From Deltaproteobacteria bacterium (GTDB lineage: Bacteria; Desulfobacterota; GWC2-55-46): a stretch of DNA of 64,000 nt. Positions 1 through 8,449 of this stretch are shown piece by piece. Position numbers and translations under genes: made by a program. The notes under the pieces are model-generated. The model was given only the letters and a program-made list of their open reading frames with translations, was not told the origin of the DNA and did not search any database. Position 1 is the first letter of the stretch. Each line of letters starts with the position of its first letter. The stretch covers positions 70,308 through 134,307 of the forward strand of contig JACRCL010000001.1 in NCBI GenBank assembly GCA_016219015.1, read 5' to 3'.

Positions 1-797
1 AATATCTCTATCGTGCCTTCTATGACGTCGCACCTTATCGTGCCATCCGTGCCCGCTATGACGAGCCTGTGCTGGTTCGCCCTCTGGAGAAAGTCCGTCT
101 GCCAGTTGACGTATACGCCGTTTTTTGTTTTGAAAAGCCCGAGGGCCAGGTCCTCAACGTCCATCTCGAGCGCGCTTACCTTGTCGACGAACGCGCTCAG
201 CTCCTCGACCTCCCCGAAGAGCCACCTGATGTTGTCGAGCCCGTGTATGCTCGTCAGTACCACGCCCCCTCCGAGCGACCTCCGGGCCGCGTACTCGCGC
301 CTGTAGTCCGCGTGGGGGTGCCAGTCGGGCAGGTAATGCCCGCCGAAGTAGTTCGCGTGGAAGACCCCTCCGACGGCCTTTGACGAGATAAGCTCCTTTA
401 CGCGCAGGAGCACGGGATGAAACCTGTAGCACATGGCCATCATCGCGACCACGCCGTTTTCCCCGGCCGCCTTCTGCAGATCGTCGCACCCGGCAAGCTC
501 ATTTGAAAGGGGCTTTTCGATGAGAACATGGACGCCACTTTTGACAAGCTCGATGGCGTTTTCAAGGTGCATCGAAGACGGGGTGCAGACGATAGCTGCC
601 CCTGGCCTTGCCTTGAGCGCGCTACTTAAGTCGTTGGCGAGCACCGGGTCGGAAAGCCCGACCGAGGCCCTTTCAAGCGCCTCGCCGCTCGGGTCGCAGA
701 GTATGAACTCCCTTATGCCGAGGGCCTTCAAGTTATTGAGATGCCGCCTCCCGATGGAGCCGCACCCTAAAACGAGGACCTTAATATCAGCTATCAT
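1..797 (-). CDS. Gfo/Idh/MocA-family NAD(P)-dependent oxidoreductase; 3' end runs off the window start
   Basis: Manual minus-strand translation from ATG at 795-797 gives MIADIKVLVLGCGSIGRRHLNNLKALG... with a Rossmann GxGxxG motif near the N-terminus and no stop before position 1. Absent from the ORF track because it is partial. Confidence 0.6.
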   Translation of the reverse strand, partial: MIADIKVLVLGCGSIGRRHLNNLKALGIREFILCDPSGEALERASVGLSDPVLANDLSSALKARPGAAIVCTPSSMHLENAIELVKSGVHVLIEKPLSNELAGCDDLQKAAGENGVVAMMAMCYRFHPVLLRVKELISSKAVGGVFHANYFGGHYLPDWHPHADYRREYAARRSLGGGVVLTSIHGLDNIRWLFGEVEELSAFVDKVSALEMDVEDLALGLFKTKNGVYVNWQTDFLQRANQHRLVIAGTDGTIRCDVIEGTIEI

Positions 798-837
798 CTC
801 GTCACCCGTCCTTTTATGGCGGACTGCGTTTTCCATA

Positions 838-2145
838 TCAATTCCTCTGCCTGAAGACGACCCCTACGGGCTCGCCTTCTAAGAACCGCGCGGGCTCGCC
901 GCTGTCAACCGCTACCTTGAGGTATTCTATTGCTTCAAATGAGGCCGCGATGGTCTTCTCGATATCCTCTTCGGTATGCGAGTAGCTTATGAATACCGGC
1001 CCCCCGAAAAGGACGCCCCGTTTGACTGTCTCCTGCAGGAATATGCTCTTTAGAAGGAGGTCCTCCTCCCCTTTCCTGTTCTTGACCGATATCCCGCCCC
1101 TCGGAGGCTTTCCGGTAATCCTGAAACCGATGCCGGTCTTTTCGGCGAAGCTGTTTATCGCCTTGTGGAGCCTGCCGCCCATCTCCCATATATGGGGGAT
1201 CACGGGTTTCGAAAGAAGCTCCCTCATCGTCGCCTTCGCGGCCGCAAGGCCGATAGTGTCGCCCGAGTATGTCATGGAGAAGAAGACCTCGTTCAGCTCC
1301 TTCATGAACTCCTTTTTCCCCACAAGGGCGGAGATCGCGAACCCGTTCGCCATGCCCTTGCCGAAGCAGGCCAGGTCGGGCGTCACCCTGTAATACTTCT
1401 GCGCGCCGCCTATGGAGTACCTGAAACCGGTGACTATCTCGTCGAGTATGAAAAGCGCGCCGTTCCTGTTGGCAAGCTCCTTCGAGAGCTGGAGGAAGTT
1501 CTTCCCGTCCTTGTCCACGGCAGGGTCTACACCCGGCACTTCCATTATGACGCAGGCGATCTTGCCGGGGTTCCCGGCGAATATCTTCTCAAGGGAGCCT
1601 ATGTTGTTGTACTCGAACTGGTGCATGAATGTTGACAGCACCTTCGGTATGCCCTTGTTCCTCGGGGTTGTGACGGCGTACCAGTCCTGGCAGCCGTGAT
1701 AGCCGCAATAGGCTATGTGGTCCCTGCCCGTGGAGGCCCGCGCCACCTTCACGGCGGCGCTCGTGACGTCGGCGCCGTTCTTCCCGAACCTGACCATTTC
1801 GGCCGAAGGTATCATCGAAGTCAGAAGCTCGGCCACCTCTACTTCGAGCGGGTGCATGAGGGTGAATGTGGTGCCCTCCTTGACCTGCCTTATGACCGCC
1901 TCTGTCACCGGGGCGTAATCGTAGCCGAGGAGTATCGGCCCGAGGGCCATCGGGTAGTCTATGAAACTATTTCCGTCCACGTCCCAGACGTGCGCGCCCT
2001 TGCCTTTCCTGAGATATTTGGGCGTCACGCCCCTGACGAACTGGTCGGGGCCTTTGCTGAGCGTCTGCGTGCCCGCGGGTATGAGCCTTACGGCGCGCTC
2101 CCACAGTTCTTCTGAGACCGGGAATGAATTTTCGAGTACCCTCAT
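838..2145 (-). CDS. Class-III (GSA-aminomutase/HemL-like) PLP aminotransferase, probable sugar-tailoring enzyme
   Basis: 435 aa ORF. Glutamate-1-semialdehyde aminomutase-like fold; the motif VTPDLACFGKGMANGF contains the PLP-lysine context. Confidence 0.8.
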   Translation of the reverse strand: MRVLENSFPVSEELWERAVRLIPAGTQTLSKGPDQFVRGVTPKYLRKGKGAHVWDVDGNSFIDYPMALGPILLGYDYAPVTEAVIRQVKEGTTFTLMHPLEVEVAELLTSMIPSAEMVRFGKNGADVTSAAVKVARASTGRDHIAYCGYHGCQDWYAVTTPRNKGIPKVLSTFMHQFEYNNIGSLEKIFAGNPGKIACVIMEVPGVDPAVDKDGKNFLQLSKELANRNGALFILDEIVTGFRYSIGGAQKYYRVTPDLACFGKGMANGFAISALVGKKEFMKELNEVFFSMTYSGDTIGLAAAKATMRELLSKPVIPHIWEMGGRLHKAINSFAEKTGIGFRITGKPPRGGISVKNRKGEEDLLLKSIFLQETVKRGVLFGGPVFISYSHTEEDIEKTIAASFEAIEYLKVAVDSGEPARFLEGEPVGVVFRQRN

Positions 2146-2170
2146 ATATCCGCTCCTGTGTTTAAAAATT

Positions 2171-2944
2171 TCAAGCAGTCTTCTTTACGACCCTGTCCTC
2201 TTTCAAGGACTTCGCGTACCCTTCGTTACGGGCCGTCTCCGAATTTATCTTTAATAGCTCCGGGTTATTTTCAAGAAAGCTGAGCACGTCCTCATAATGG
2301 AAGACCTTTTCTGAACCGACGCCCTCGAATACCCTTGTGACGAATTCGAGGTCTTTCGCGTCATCGACGGTCCAGCGCATGCGGGAGAGGTCAGCCGGGC
2401 TCTTTATCCTGTCGAGCCGGAAAAGGCGCGGGTTTTTCCAGATATAGGGCGTTACGTGCTCGCGCTCTGACGCTAAAGCGGCCTCCCTGTGCGCCTTTTC
2501 AAGGGCCTCGATTGAGATGACCTCGGCGTCGAGGCCGTCGGGGAAGCTCCCGTCTATGCTCACATGGTCGAATCCGCCTTCCGAGAACCTCGCTATCGCC
2601 CTGTCGACGAGCGCGGGGTCTATAAGGGGGCAGTCGGAGGTGACCCTCACGACCGTCCTTGCCCCGAACTCCTTCGCGGCCTTGAAATACCTGTCGAGCA
2701 CGTCGTTAAGGCTGCCTCTGAAGAACGACGTGCCGTTCAGCCCGCACCACTCGGCTATCACGTCGTCTGAAGGCTCGGTTGTCGTCGCTATTACTACCTC
2801 GTCTATAAGCTCCGAGGCCTTGAGCCTGTTTACGACGTGCCATATTATCGGGCGGCCGCATATCGGCTTCATTACCTTTGAAGGGAGCCTCGTGGAACTC
2901 ATCCGGGCCTGTATTATCGCTATGACCGGCCTCTTCAGTGGCAT
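2171..2944 (-). CDS. Acylneuraminate cytidylyltransferase family (CMP-nonulosonic acid synthetase, PseF/NeuA/SpsF-like)
   Basis: 257 aa ORF. N-terminal IAIIQARMSSTRLPSKV nucleotidyltransferase signature. Sits directly downstream of the NeuB homolog. Confidence 0.75.
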   Translation of the reverse strand: MPLKRPVIAIIQARMSSTRLPSKVMKPICGRPIIWHVVNRLKASELIDEVVIATTTEPSDDVIAEWCGLNGTSFFRGSLNDVLDRYFKAAKEFGARTVVRVTSDCPLIDPALVDRAIARFSEGGFDHVSIDGSFPDGLDAEVISIEALEKAHREAALASEREHVTPYIWKNPRLFRLDRIKSPADLSRMRWTVDDAKDLEFVTRVFEGVGSEKVFHYEDVLSFLENNPELLKINSETARNEGYAKSLKEDRVVKKTA

Positions 2945-3978
2945 ATATCCTCCCTCTTCAGAGGCATGTCTTTCTTCAGGTCCTTTGACGCGGCCTTCCC
3001 TACTACGCCTTCCATGTCCCTCGGCTCAAGGCCGTAGGCGTGGCGCACGAGCTTTAACATCGACGGCTCGATGACCGTGCCCTTGCAGATGTCGATTTTG
3101 GCATAGATGCTCCTCCTGGCACCGATTCTCTCGCCCATCTCGTGTTTGGAGGGCTGCTTGACGCCGTCGCCGAGCGCCTTTTCCAAATTCCTTATCTCGG
3201 CAACCATGGACTTGAACTCCTCCACTTCCATGGCGTAAGGGTGGTCGGGGCCGGCAAGGGTCCTGTCGAAGGTTATATGCTTTTCTATAATGGACGCGCC
3301 GAGCGCCACGGCCCCGAGCGGGACGGTGCTGCCGGGGGTATGGTCCGAAAACCCGACCGGGCATTTGAAGTTGTCCTTCAGGGTCGCCATGCTCCTTATG
3401 TTCACCTCATCGTATGAGGGCGGGTAGAGCGACGCGCAGTGGAGGAGCGCTATCTCCTGGTTCCCCTCGCCTGTTATGAGCTTTACGGCCCTTGCGACCT
3501 CGCTTAAGTAAGAAGCGCCGGTGGAGAGCACTACCGGCTTTCCGTACCGGGCGACCTGCCTTAAAAGCAGGTCGTTCGTAAGGTCGCCGGAGGCGATCTT
3601 GAAGGCCTCCACGCCTATGGTATTAAGCAGCTCCGCCCGCGCCTCGTCAAAAGGGGCTGACAGGAACGTTATCCCCAGGGTCTTCGAGAACTCCATCAGT
3701 ATATGGTGCCATTCCACCGGGACGGTAAGACGCTCTATCACAGGGTAGGCCGGGTGGGGCACCCATCTGCCGCTGTCATCGGGCCGGAGCCTGTTTATAA
3801 GCCCCTCTGCCGTGAAGGACTGCAATTTTACCGCGTCAGCCCCGGCGTACCTCGCCGCCTTTATAAGCTCCTTCGCCCTGTCAAGGCTTGAGTCATGGTT
3901 AGAGCCTATCTCGGCGATGATGTAGGCCGGGCTTCCCATGCCTATCTTCTTCTCGCCTATCCGGAAAGTCCTTCTCAT
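2935..3978 (-). CDS. Nonulosonic acid synthase (NeuB/PseI/LegI family) with C-terminal SAF domain
   Basis: 347 aa ORF. AYIIAEIGSNHDSSLDRAKELI... NeuB-type TIM-barrel signature plus a C-terminal antifreeze-like (SAF) domain. Confidence 0.85.
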   Translation of the reverse strand: MRRTFRIGEKKIGMGSPAYIIAEIGSNHDSSLDRAKELIKAARYAGADAVKLQSFTAEGLINRLRPDDSGRWVPHPAYPVIERLTVPVEWHHILMEFSKTLGITFLSAPFDEARAELLNTIGVEAFKIASGDLTNDLLLRQVARYGKPVVLSTGASYLSEVARAVKLITGEGNQEIALLHCASLYPPSYDEVNIRSMATLKDNFKCPVGFSDHTPGSTVPLGAVALGASIIEKHITFDRTLAGPDHPYAMEVEEFKSMVAEIRNLEKALGDGVKQPSKHEMGERIGARRSIYAKIDICKGTVIEPSMLKLVRHAYGLEPRDMEGVVGKAASKDLKKDMPLKREDICH

Positions 3979-5039
3979 TATCTGCTCCTTACCGTTATGT
4001 CGTTATTAATCGGGAGATATACGCGCGCTCCATTCTGCCTTGCCGATGAATGTATGGCGAGCGCGAGCTCAAGGGAAGAAAGCCCCTCTTCAGGGCCGTC
4101 AGCCGGTCTGCCGCTGCCTTCGACGGAGTCTATGAGGTTACCGAGCGCCTCGACCCAGATGTTCTTCTTTTCGAAATACGGGAAAGGCACCTCCTGAAGC
4201 TCTTTTATGCCGGTATAATGCGCGGACGCGCCGGGCCTGTAATATTCAAGGACGTCGTTGTTGCCTATCCTTATACGCCCGCTTGCGCCGATGACGTCGA
4301 ACTCGAAGAAGAAATAATTCTTGGATTCGGCCGATACCATGGCGTATGAGCCGTTCCTGAAGTGTATGACGGCCCTGCCGCCGAGGTCCTCGTCCGTATC
4401 CCACGCTGAATTGCCCGGTCTATTTTCGACCCTGCCCTCGACCCATTCAGCCGGGCCGCAGAACCAGTTCAATATGTCGAAAGCGTGCGTGCCGGTATGC
4501 AGCAGGCTTCCGCTGAAATGGCATATGATAGACTGGAGCTTCCCTATCCCGCCCGAATCGATTATCTCCTTTGCCTTCCTGTAGTCCCCGCTCCACCTGC
4601 GCATGTGCGATACTATTAGCGATACCCCGTTCGACGAGCAGGCGTTTCTCATCGCACGCGCCTCTTCAAGGGAGGCTGAAAACGCCTTTTCGCACCAGAT
4701 GCCCTTTACCCCGGCCTCAATGGAATCCATCACCATGCCGGACCTGTCCGGGGCGTACGCGCAGACGCTTACGATATCAGGGGAGACTTCCTTGAGCATT
4801 TCCTTATAATCGAGGTACATGGATTTCACGCCGAACCTTTTCCCGAATGATATGAGCCTTTCATTGTTTACGTCAGCCGCCCCAATTACCTTTACCCTGT
4901 GGCTTAGCGCCGTGTAGGCCCCCATGTGGGTGCACGGCCTTGTTTCAAGCGGGTCGTCTTCGAGCAGCCATGCGACCCTTCCGCAGCCTATGACGCAAGC
5001 CCTGTATCGCAAATCAGTGCTTGACCCCGTGAGCGGCAT
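3978..5039 (-). CDS. Gfo/Idh/MocA-family oxidoreductase
   Basis: 353 aa ORF. N-terminal VIGCGRVA Rossmann motif. The true start may be the in-frame TTG about 27 nt downstream, which would remove the overlap with the zinc-ribbon ORF. Confidence 0.75.
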   Translation of the reverse strand: MPLTGSSTDLRYRACVIGCGRVAWLLEDDPLETRPCTHMGAYTALSHRVKVIGAADVNNERLISFGKRFGVKSMYLDYKEMLKEVSPDIVSVCAYAPDRSGMVMDSIEAGVKGIWCEKAFSASLEEARAMRNACSSNGVSLIVSHMRRWSGDYRKAKEIIDSGGIGKLQSIICHFSGSLLHTGTHAFDILNWFCGPAEWVEGRVENRPGNSAWDTDEDLGGRAVIHFRNGSYAMVSAESKNYFFFEFDVIGASGRIRIGNNDVLEYYRPGASAHYTGIKELQEVPFPYFEKKNIWVEALGNLIDSVEGSGRPADGPEEGLSSLELALAIHSSARQNGARVYLPINNDITVRSR

Positions 5040-5220
5040 CGGGCTCGCCCGCGCCGCTCAGAAGCTTCGAGATAATGCCTCCTGAGGCCCCTTCCTTCTT
5101 CTCGATAAGGTTGCCGTTGCAGTCGGGGCATATGAGCCTGTTGCCGGCCTTGCGGCTGTAGTGAGCGCCCCATCCGGCGAACTCATGGTTGCATTTCTTG
5201 CAGACGTATTTCGGCATCAT
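5014..5220 (-). CDS. FmdB-family zinc-ribbon small protein
   Basis: 68 aa ORF, MMPKYVCKKCNHEF...ICPDCNG, with two CxxC pairs typical of the FmdB/Zn-ribbon family. Strong SD (GGAAAGGAAG) 8 nt upstream; GC3-rich codons match the genome; tucked between pseC and the oxidoreductase gene. Confidence 0.5.
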   Translation of the reverse strand: MMPKYVCKKCNHEFAGWGAHYSRKAGNRLICPDCNGNLIEKKEGASGGIISKLLSGAGEPDAAHGVKH

Positions 5221-5241
5221 TTTACTCTTCCTTTCCGGGTC

Positions 5242-6468
5242 TTAAGCGCCGGCCCTGTCTTCGCGCGCGATACTTTTAGGCGACGCCGCGGCGCACGCGA
5301 TCGTCGAGATGATGGCCTCCGTGATGAACCCGGCCTCCTCGTCCGTAAGCAATGGGTAAATAGGGAGGCTGACCTCCTCCGAGTAGAGCTCCTCGGCCGC
5401 CGGGAAGTCCCCCTTCCTGTACCCGAACTCGTTCTGGAAGAACGGCTGGAGGTGGAGCGGTATGTAGTGGACCTGGAGCCTTATGCCGAGGTCGTCCATA
5501 AGAGAGAACCACTCCTTTTTGGATACGCCCATATCCCTGAAGGGTATCCTTACGGGAAAGAGGTGGAAGGCGCTCAGCCTGCCGTCCGGGACCATTTGTG
5601 TTTTTATGAAAGAGTATTTTGAAAGGAGCCCGGAATAAAGCGCGGCGAGATCTCTGCGCCTTTCGATGAACTTATCGAGCTTTCTCATCTGGCTCACGCC
5701 GAGGGCGCACTGCACGTCCGAGAGCCTGTAATTGAACCCCGGTGAGTGCATCTCGTAGTACCAGGGGGCCTGCGTGCCGTTTACGAACGAGGCCGGGTCT
5801 TTCACCACGCCGTGGGCCCTTAAGGTCTTGAGCCTTTCGTATAATTTCCTGTCGTTGGTCGTTATCGCCCCGCCCTCGCCTGTCGTTATTGATTTCACCG
5901 GGTGGAAGCTGAATACCGTCATGTCGGAATGCGAGCAGTCCCCTGCCCTCGTCCACTTCCCGTTGTCCGTCCTCAAGAGCGCGCCGAGGGCGTGGCAGGC
6001 GTCCTCGATTATGACAATGCCCCTTTTACGGGCGGCTTTAGATATCGCCTCCATGTCGGCGGGAAGCCCGGCGAAGTGGACGGGTATTATCGCCTTCACG
6101 TTCGAGTTGCATTTGAGCTTCTTTTCGACCTCATCGGGTGAGATGTTGAACGTTAAAGGGTCTATGTCCGCGAACAGGGGGGCCGCCCCGAGATATACCG
6201 CGCAGTTGGCCGAGGCGAGGAACGTTACCGGGGAAGTGATGACGGAATCACCCTTGCCGACCCCGGCGGCCATGCACGCGAGGTGGAGGGCCGCCGTCCC
6301 GTTGGCGCAGGCTACGGCGTATCTCGCGCCGGTATAGCCGCAGATGGCCTTCTCGAACTCCTCGCAAAGAGGGCCCTGCGTGAGGTGGTCGGACCTTAGG
6401 GCGCTTATTACGGCCCTTATGTCGTCCTCATCAATTGTTTGCCGCCCGTAAGATATGGTTCTTCTCAC
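5242..6468 (-). CDS. pseC: DegT/DnrJ/EryC1-family sugar aminotransferase (PseC/LegC-like)
   Basis: 408 aa ORF. N-terminal ISYGRQTIDEDDI motif typical of PseC-type UDP-4-keto-6-deoxy-sugar aminotransferases. PLP lysine context SFHPVKSITTGEGG. Confidence 0.85.
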   Translation of the reverse strand: MRRTISYGRQTIDEDDIRAVISALRSDHLTQGPLCEEFEKAICGYTGARYAVACANGTAALHLACMAAGVGKGDSVITSPVTFLASANCAVYLGAAPLFADIDPLTFNISPDEVEKKLKCNSNVKAIIPVHFAGLPADMEAISKAARKRGIVIIEDACHALGALLRTDNGKWTRAGDCSHSDMTVFSFHPVKSITTGEGGAITTNDRKLYERLKTLRAHGVVKDPASFVNGTQAPWYYEMHSPGFNYRLSDVQCALGVSQMRKLDKFIERRRDLAALYSGLLSKYSFIKTQMVPDGRLSAFHLFPVRIPFRDMGVSKKEWFSLMDDLGIRLQVHYIPLHLQPFFQNEFGYRKGDFPAAEELYSEEVSLPIYPLLTDEEAGFITEAIISTIACAAASPKSIAREDRAGA

Positions 6469-7441
6469 CTTCGGTGAACTCCCTTATGATATTCCTAATT
6501 TCCATTATGCTTAAGACTTCATTGTTATTGCCGCTCGTGTAGCTGAAGCCCGGCTCCACCGGCCTTCCGCCGTTCTTCCTCTCCTCGCCCCACCAGCTGA
6601 ACTGGGGCTGGATGACGTAGTGTGTGTCGTACTCGAGCGTCAGCCTGCCGTCGTCCTCTGATATGAGCGTTTCGTGGAGCTTCTCTCCGGGCCTTATGCC
6701 GACGATATCGGCCTTGCAGGACACGGATACCGCCTTTACTATGTCCATTATCCCGGCGCTCGGTATCTTGGGGACGAATATCTCTCCGCCCTTCATCTTG
6801 CCCAAAGACATCAGGACGAACTCCGCGCCCTGGTCGAGCGTTATCCAGAAACGCGTCATCCTATCGTCCGTGACGGGAAGCTTGCCCGTGTTCTTGAGCT
6901 TCAGGTACAGAGGGATAACGCTGCCTCTGCTCCCCACGACGTTGCCGTACCTTACGACCGAGAACCTCGTGGGCTTGCCCCCGGCGTAGGAGTTGCCGGC
7001 TATGAAGAGCTTGTCGGAGCAGAGCTTCGTCGCGCCGTAGAGGTTTATGGGGTTGGCCGCCTTGTCGGTCGAAAGGGCTACTACCTTCTTGACGCCCAGG
7101 TCCACGGAGACGTCTATCACGTTCTGCGCGCCGAGGACGTTCGTCTTTATCGCCTCGAACGGGTTGTATTCCGCTGCGGGGACCTGCTTCAGGGCCGCGG
7201 CGTGGACGACGTAATCGACCCCGTCGAACGCCCTGTAGAGCCTGTCCTTTTCCCTTACGTCGCCTATGAAGAACCTCAGGCACGCGTCCGGGAACTGCTG
7301 CCTCATCTCGGACTGCTTCAGCTCGTCGCGGCTCAAGATTATGACCTTCTTCGGCGTGTATCTTGAGAGTATCTTTGCCGTCAGCTTTTTCCCGAGCGAC
7401 CCGGTGCCGCCTGTTATGAGTATCGTTTTGCCGTCGAGCAT
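6431..7441 (-). CDS. pseB: UDP-GlcNAc 4,6-dehydratase (PseB/FlaA1/LegB family)
   Basis: 336 aa ORF. ILITGGTGSLG Rossmann motif and YGATKLCSDK catalytic YxxxK of the Polysacc_synt_2 family. First gene of the cluster on the minus strand; preceded by SD AAGGAGAAG. Confidence 0.9.
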   Translation of the reverse strand: MLDGKTILITGGTGSLGKKLTAKILSRYTPKKVIILSRDELKQSEMRQQFPDACLRFFIGDVREKDRLYRAFDGVDYVVHAAALKQVPAAEYNPFEAIKTNVLGAQNVIDVSVDLGVKKVVALSTDKAANPINLYGATKLCSDKLFIAGNSYAGGKPTRFSVVRYGNVVGSRGSVIPLYLKLKNTGKLPVTDDRMTRFWITLDQGAEFVLMSLGKMKGGEIFVPKIPSAGIMDIVKAVSVSCKADIVGIRPGEKLHETLISEDDGRLTLEYDTHYVIQPQFSWWGEERKNGGRPVEPGFSYTSGNNNEVLSIMEIRNIIREFTEGEKNHILRAANN

Positions 7442-7473
7442 GGTCTTCTCCTTAAATTTTGAAATAGGTTAAA

Positions 7474-7489
7474 TGCAATACTGATGCCA
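7474..7489 (-). promoter_or_regulatory. Sigma-54 promoter (-24/-12) for the pseB glycosylation operon
   Basis: Minus strand reads TGGCATcagtaTTGCA, i.e. a GG-N10-GC spacing match to TGGCAC-N5-TTGC, about 35 nt upstream of the pseB ATG (7441) with an SD between. Confidence 0.55.
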
Positions 7490-7498
7490 TTTACCTGT

Positions 7499-7525
7499 TT
7501 ATCGGCAATTATTTGAATTATTTGA
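7499..7525 (-). promoter_or_regulatory. Possible sigma-28 promoter (perfect -10 GCCGATAA, weak -35) just upstream of the sigma-54 promoter
   Basis: Minus strand has GCCGATAA (7499-7506) immediately 5' of the sigma-54 -24 element. The -35 is only CAAA/TCAA-like. Confidence 0.3.
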
Positions 7526-7562
7526 GTTTTTCAGATAGAGGAGAAATCTGCGGAAGTGGCCA

Positions 7563-7576
7563 GTCAAATAAATGAC
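7563..7576 (-). promoter_or_regulatory. FleQ-box-like palindrome GTCAAATAAATGAC upstream of the pseB sigma-54 promoter
   Basis: 14-bp GTCA-N6-TGAC palindrome about 80 bp upstream of the -24 element. Resembles the Pseudomonas FleQ box and the boxes upstream of fliL in this window. Confidence 0.35.
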
Positions 7577-7669
7577 TTCTCTGAGGGGTGCTGTCATGCC
7601 TTGAAGGGAAAAAATTTCCCTGGGCAAAACGCGCTACAGATCTGAATTTTTCTTGAAAAAAACGGAGGG

Positions 7670-7708
7670 AAAACGGAAAACAGTGAAAGGGGGCGTCCTT
7701 ACGCCCCC
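7670..7708 (-). terminator. Intrinsic terminator at the end of the flgM...fliW operon
   Basis: Perfect hairpin GGGGGCGT-CCTT-ACGCCCCC (7689-7708) overlapping the fliW stop codon, followed on the minus strand by the T-rich stretch TTTCACTGTTTTCCGTTTT. Confidence 0.5.
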
Positions 7709-8163
7709 TGGGCCGGGCCTTTTATCACGAAGTGCGACGGGTAGTCGTCCCTGTCGATTATGCACTGTATGGCGGACATGTTCTCGGAGTTGAAGAGCAC
7801 CGGGCCCTTGAGGTTCAGGCTTATCTCGTTGTCCCTCGATACGCAGACCATGACCATCGCCACGAGGTTACGCGCGTCCCTCACGCCGAGACACTCTGCC
7901 TCGGACTTCTTTAAGGGCACGGTATAGCCGGGCCTGTAGGTGTTCGGGTCGGTCATGAGGAAGGCCACGGCCGGGTTATCGACTGACTGGAGCCATTTGA
8001 AGAGCCCCTCGGCGTCGTGGTCTATCATTATGAACCTCCTCATGTCCTTGAACCCGGGGAGGCCCTGCACGAAGCGGATTATCTTATCCTCATGCACTGA
8101 CAGCGCGCCGAAGCGAATAGTATCGAACAGGACCGGTTCCTGCGCCCTCTGCGGTAAGCTCAT
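7699..8163 (-). CDS. fliW: Flagellar assembly factor FliW (CsrA antagonist)
   Basis: 154 aa ORF. FliW family. Overlaps csrA by 4 bp (ATGA), the typical csrA-fliW pairing. Confidence 0.85.
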   Translation of the reverse strand: MSLPQRAQEPVLFDTIRFGALSVHEDKIIRFVQGLPGFKDMRRFIMIDHDAEGLFKWLQSVDNPAVAFLMTDPNTYRPGYTVPLKKSEAECLGVRDARNLVAMVMVCVSRDNEISLNLKGPVLFNSENMSAIQCIIDRDDYPSHFVIKGPAQGA

Positions 8164-8387
8164 TTTCCGTTTTTTCCTTTCAGTTTTTCGGCTATGTCCC
8201 TCGGCAGCGCCGAGGCCCGGATGTTGTCTTCCTGTATCTTCAGGTATATCTCTTCCCTGTGGACGGGCTTCGTCTGCGGGGCCTCTATCCCTATCTTTAC
8301 CTGGTTCTCCTTGACCTCGACCACGACGATCCTGATATCATCGCCTATGCGTATCGCCTCTCCGGACTTCCTTGTCAGTACAAGCAT
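8160..8387 (-). CDS. csrA: Carbon storage regulator CsrA
   Basis: 75 aa [40 protein letters not shown]. Canonical CsrA; SD GGGAGGG upstream. Confidence 0.9.
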   Translation of the reverse strand: MLVLTRKSGEAIRIGDDIRIVVVEVKENQVKIGIEAPQTKPVHREEIYLKIQEDNIRASALPRDIAEKLKGKNGK

Positions 8388-8449
8388 CGCGCCCTCCCTG
8401 GCATTTAATTTTATACCATCCTATCAGGCAAACGAGTTGCCGAAAAGGA

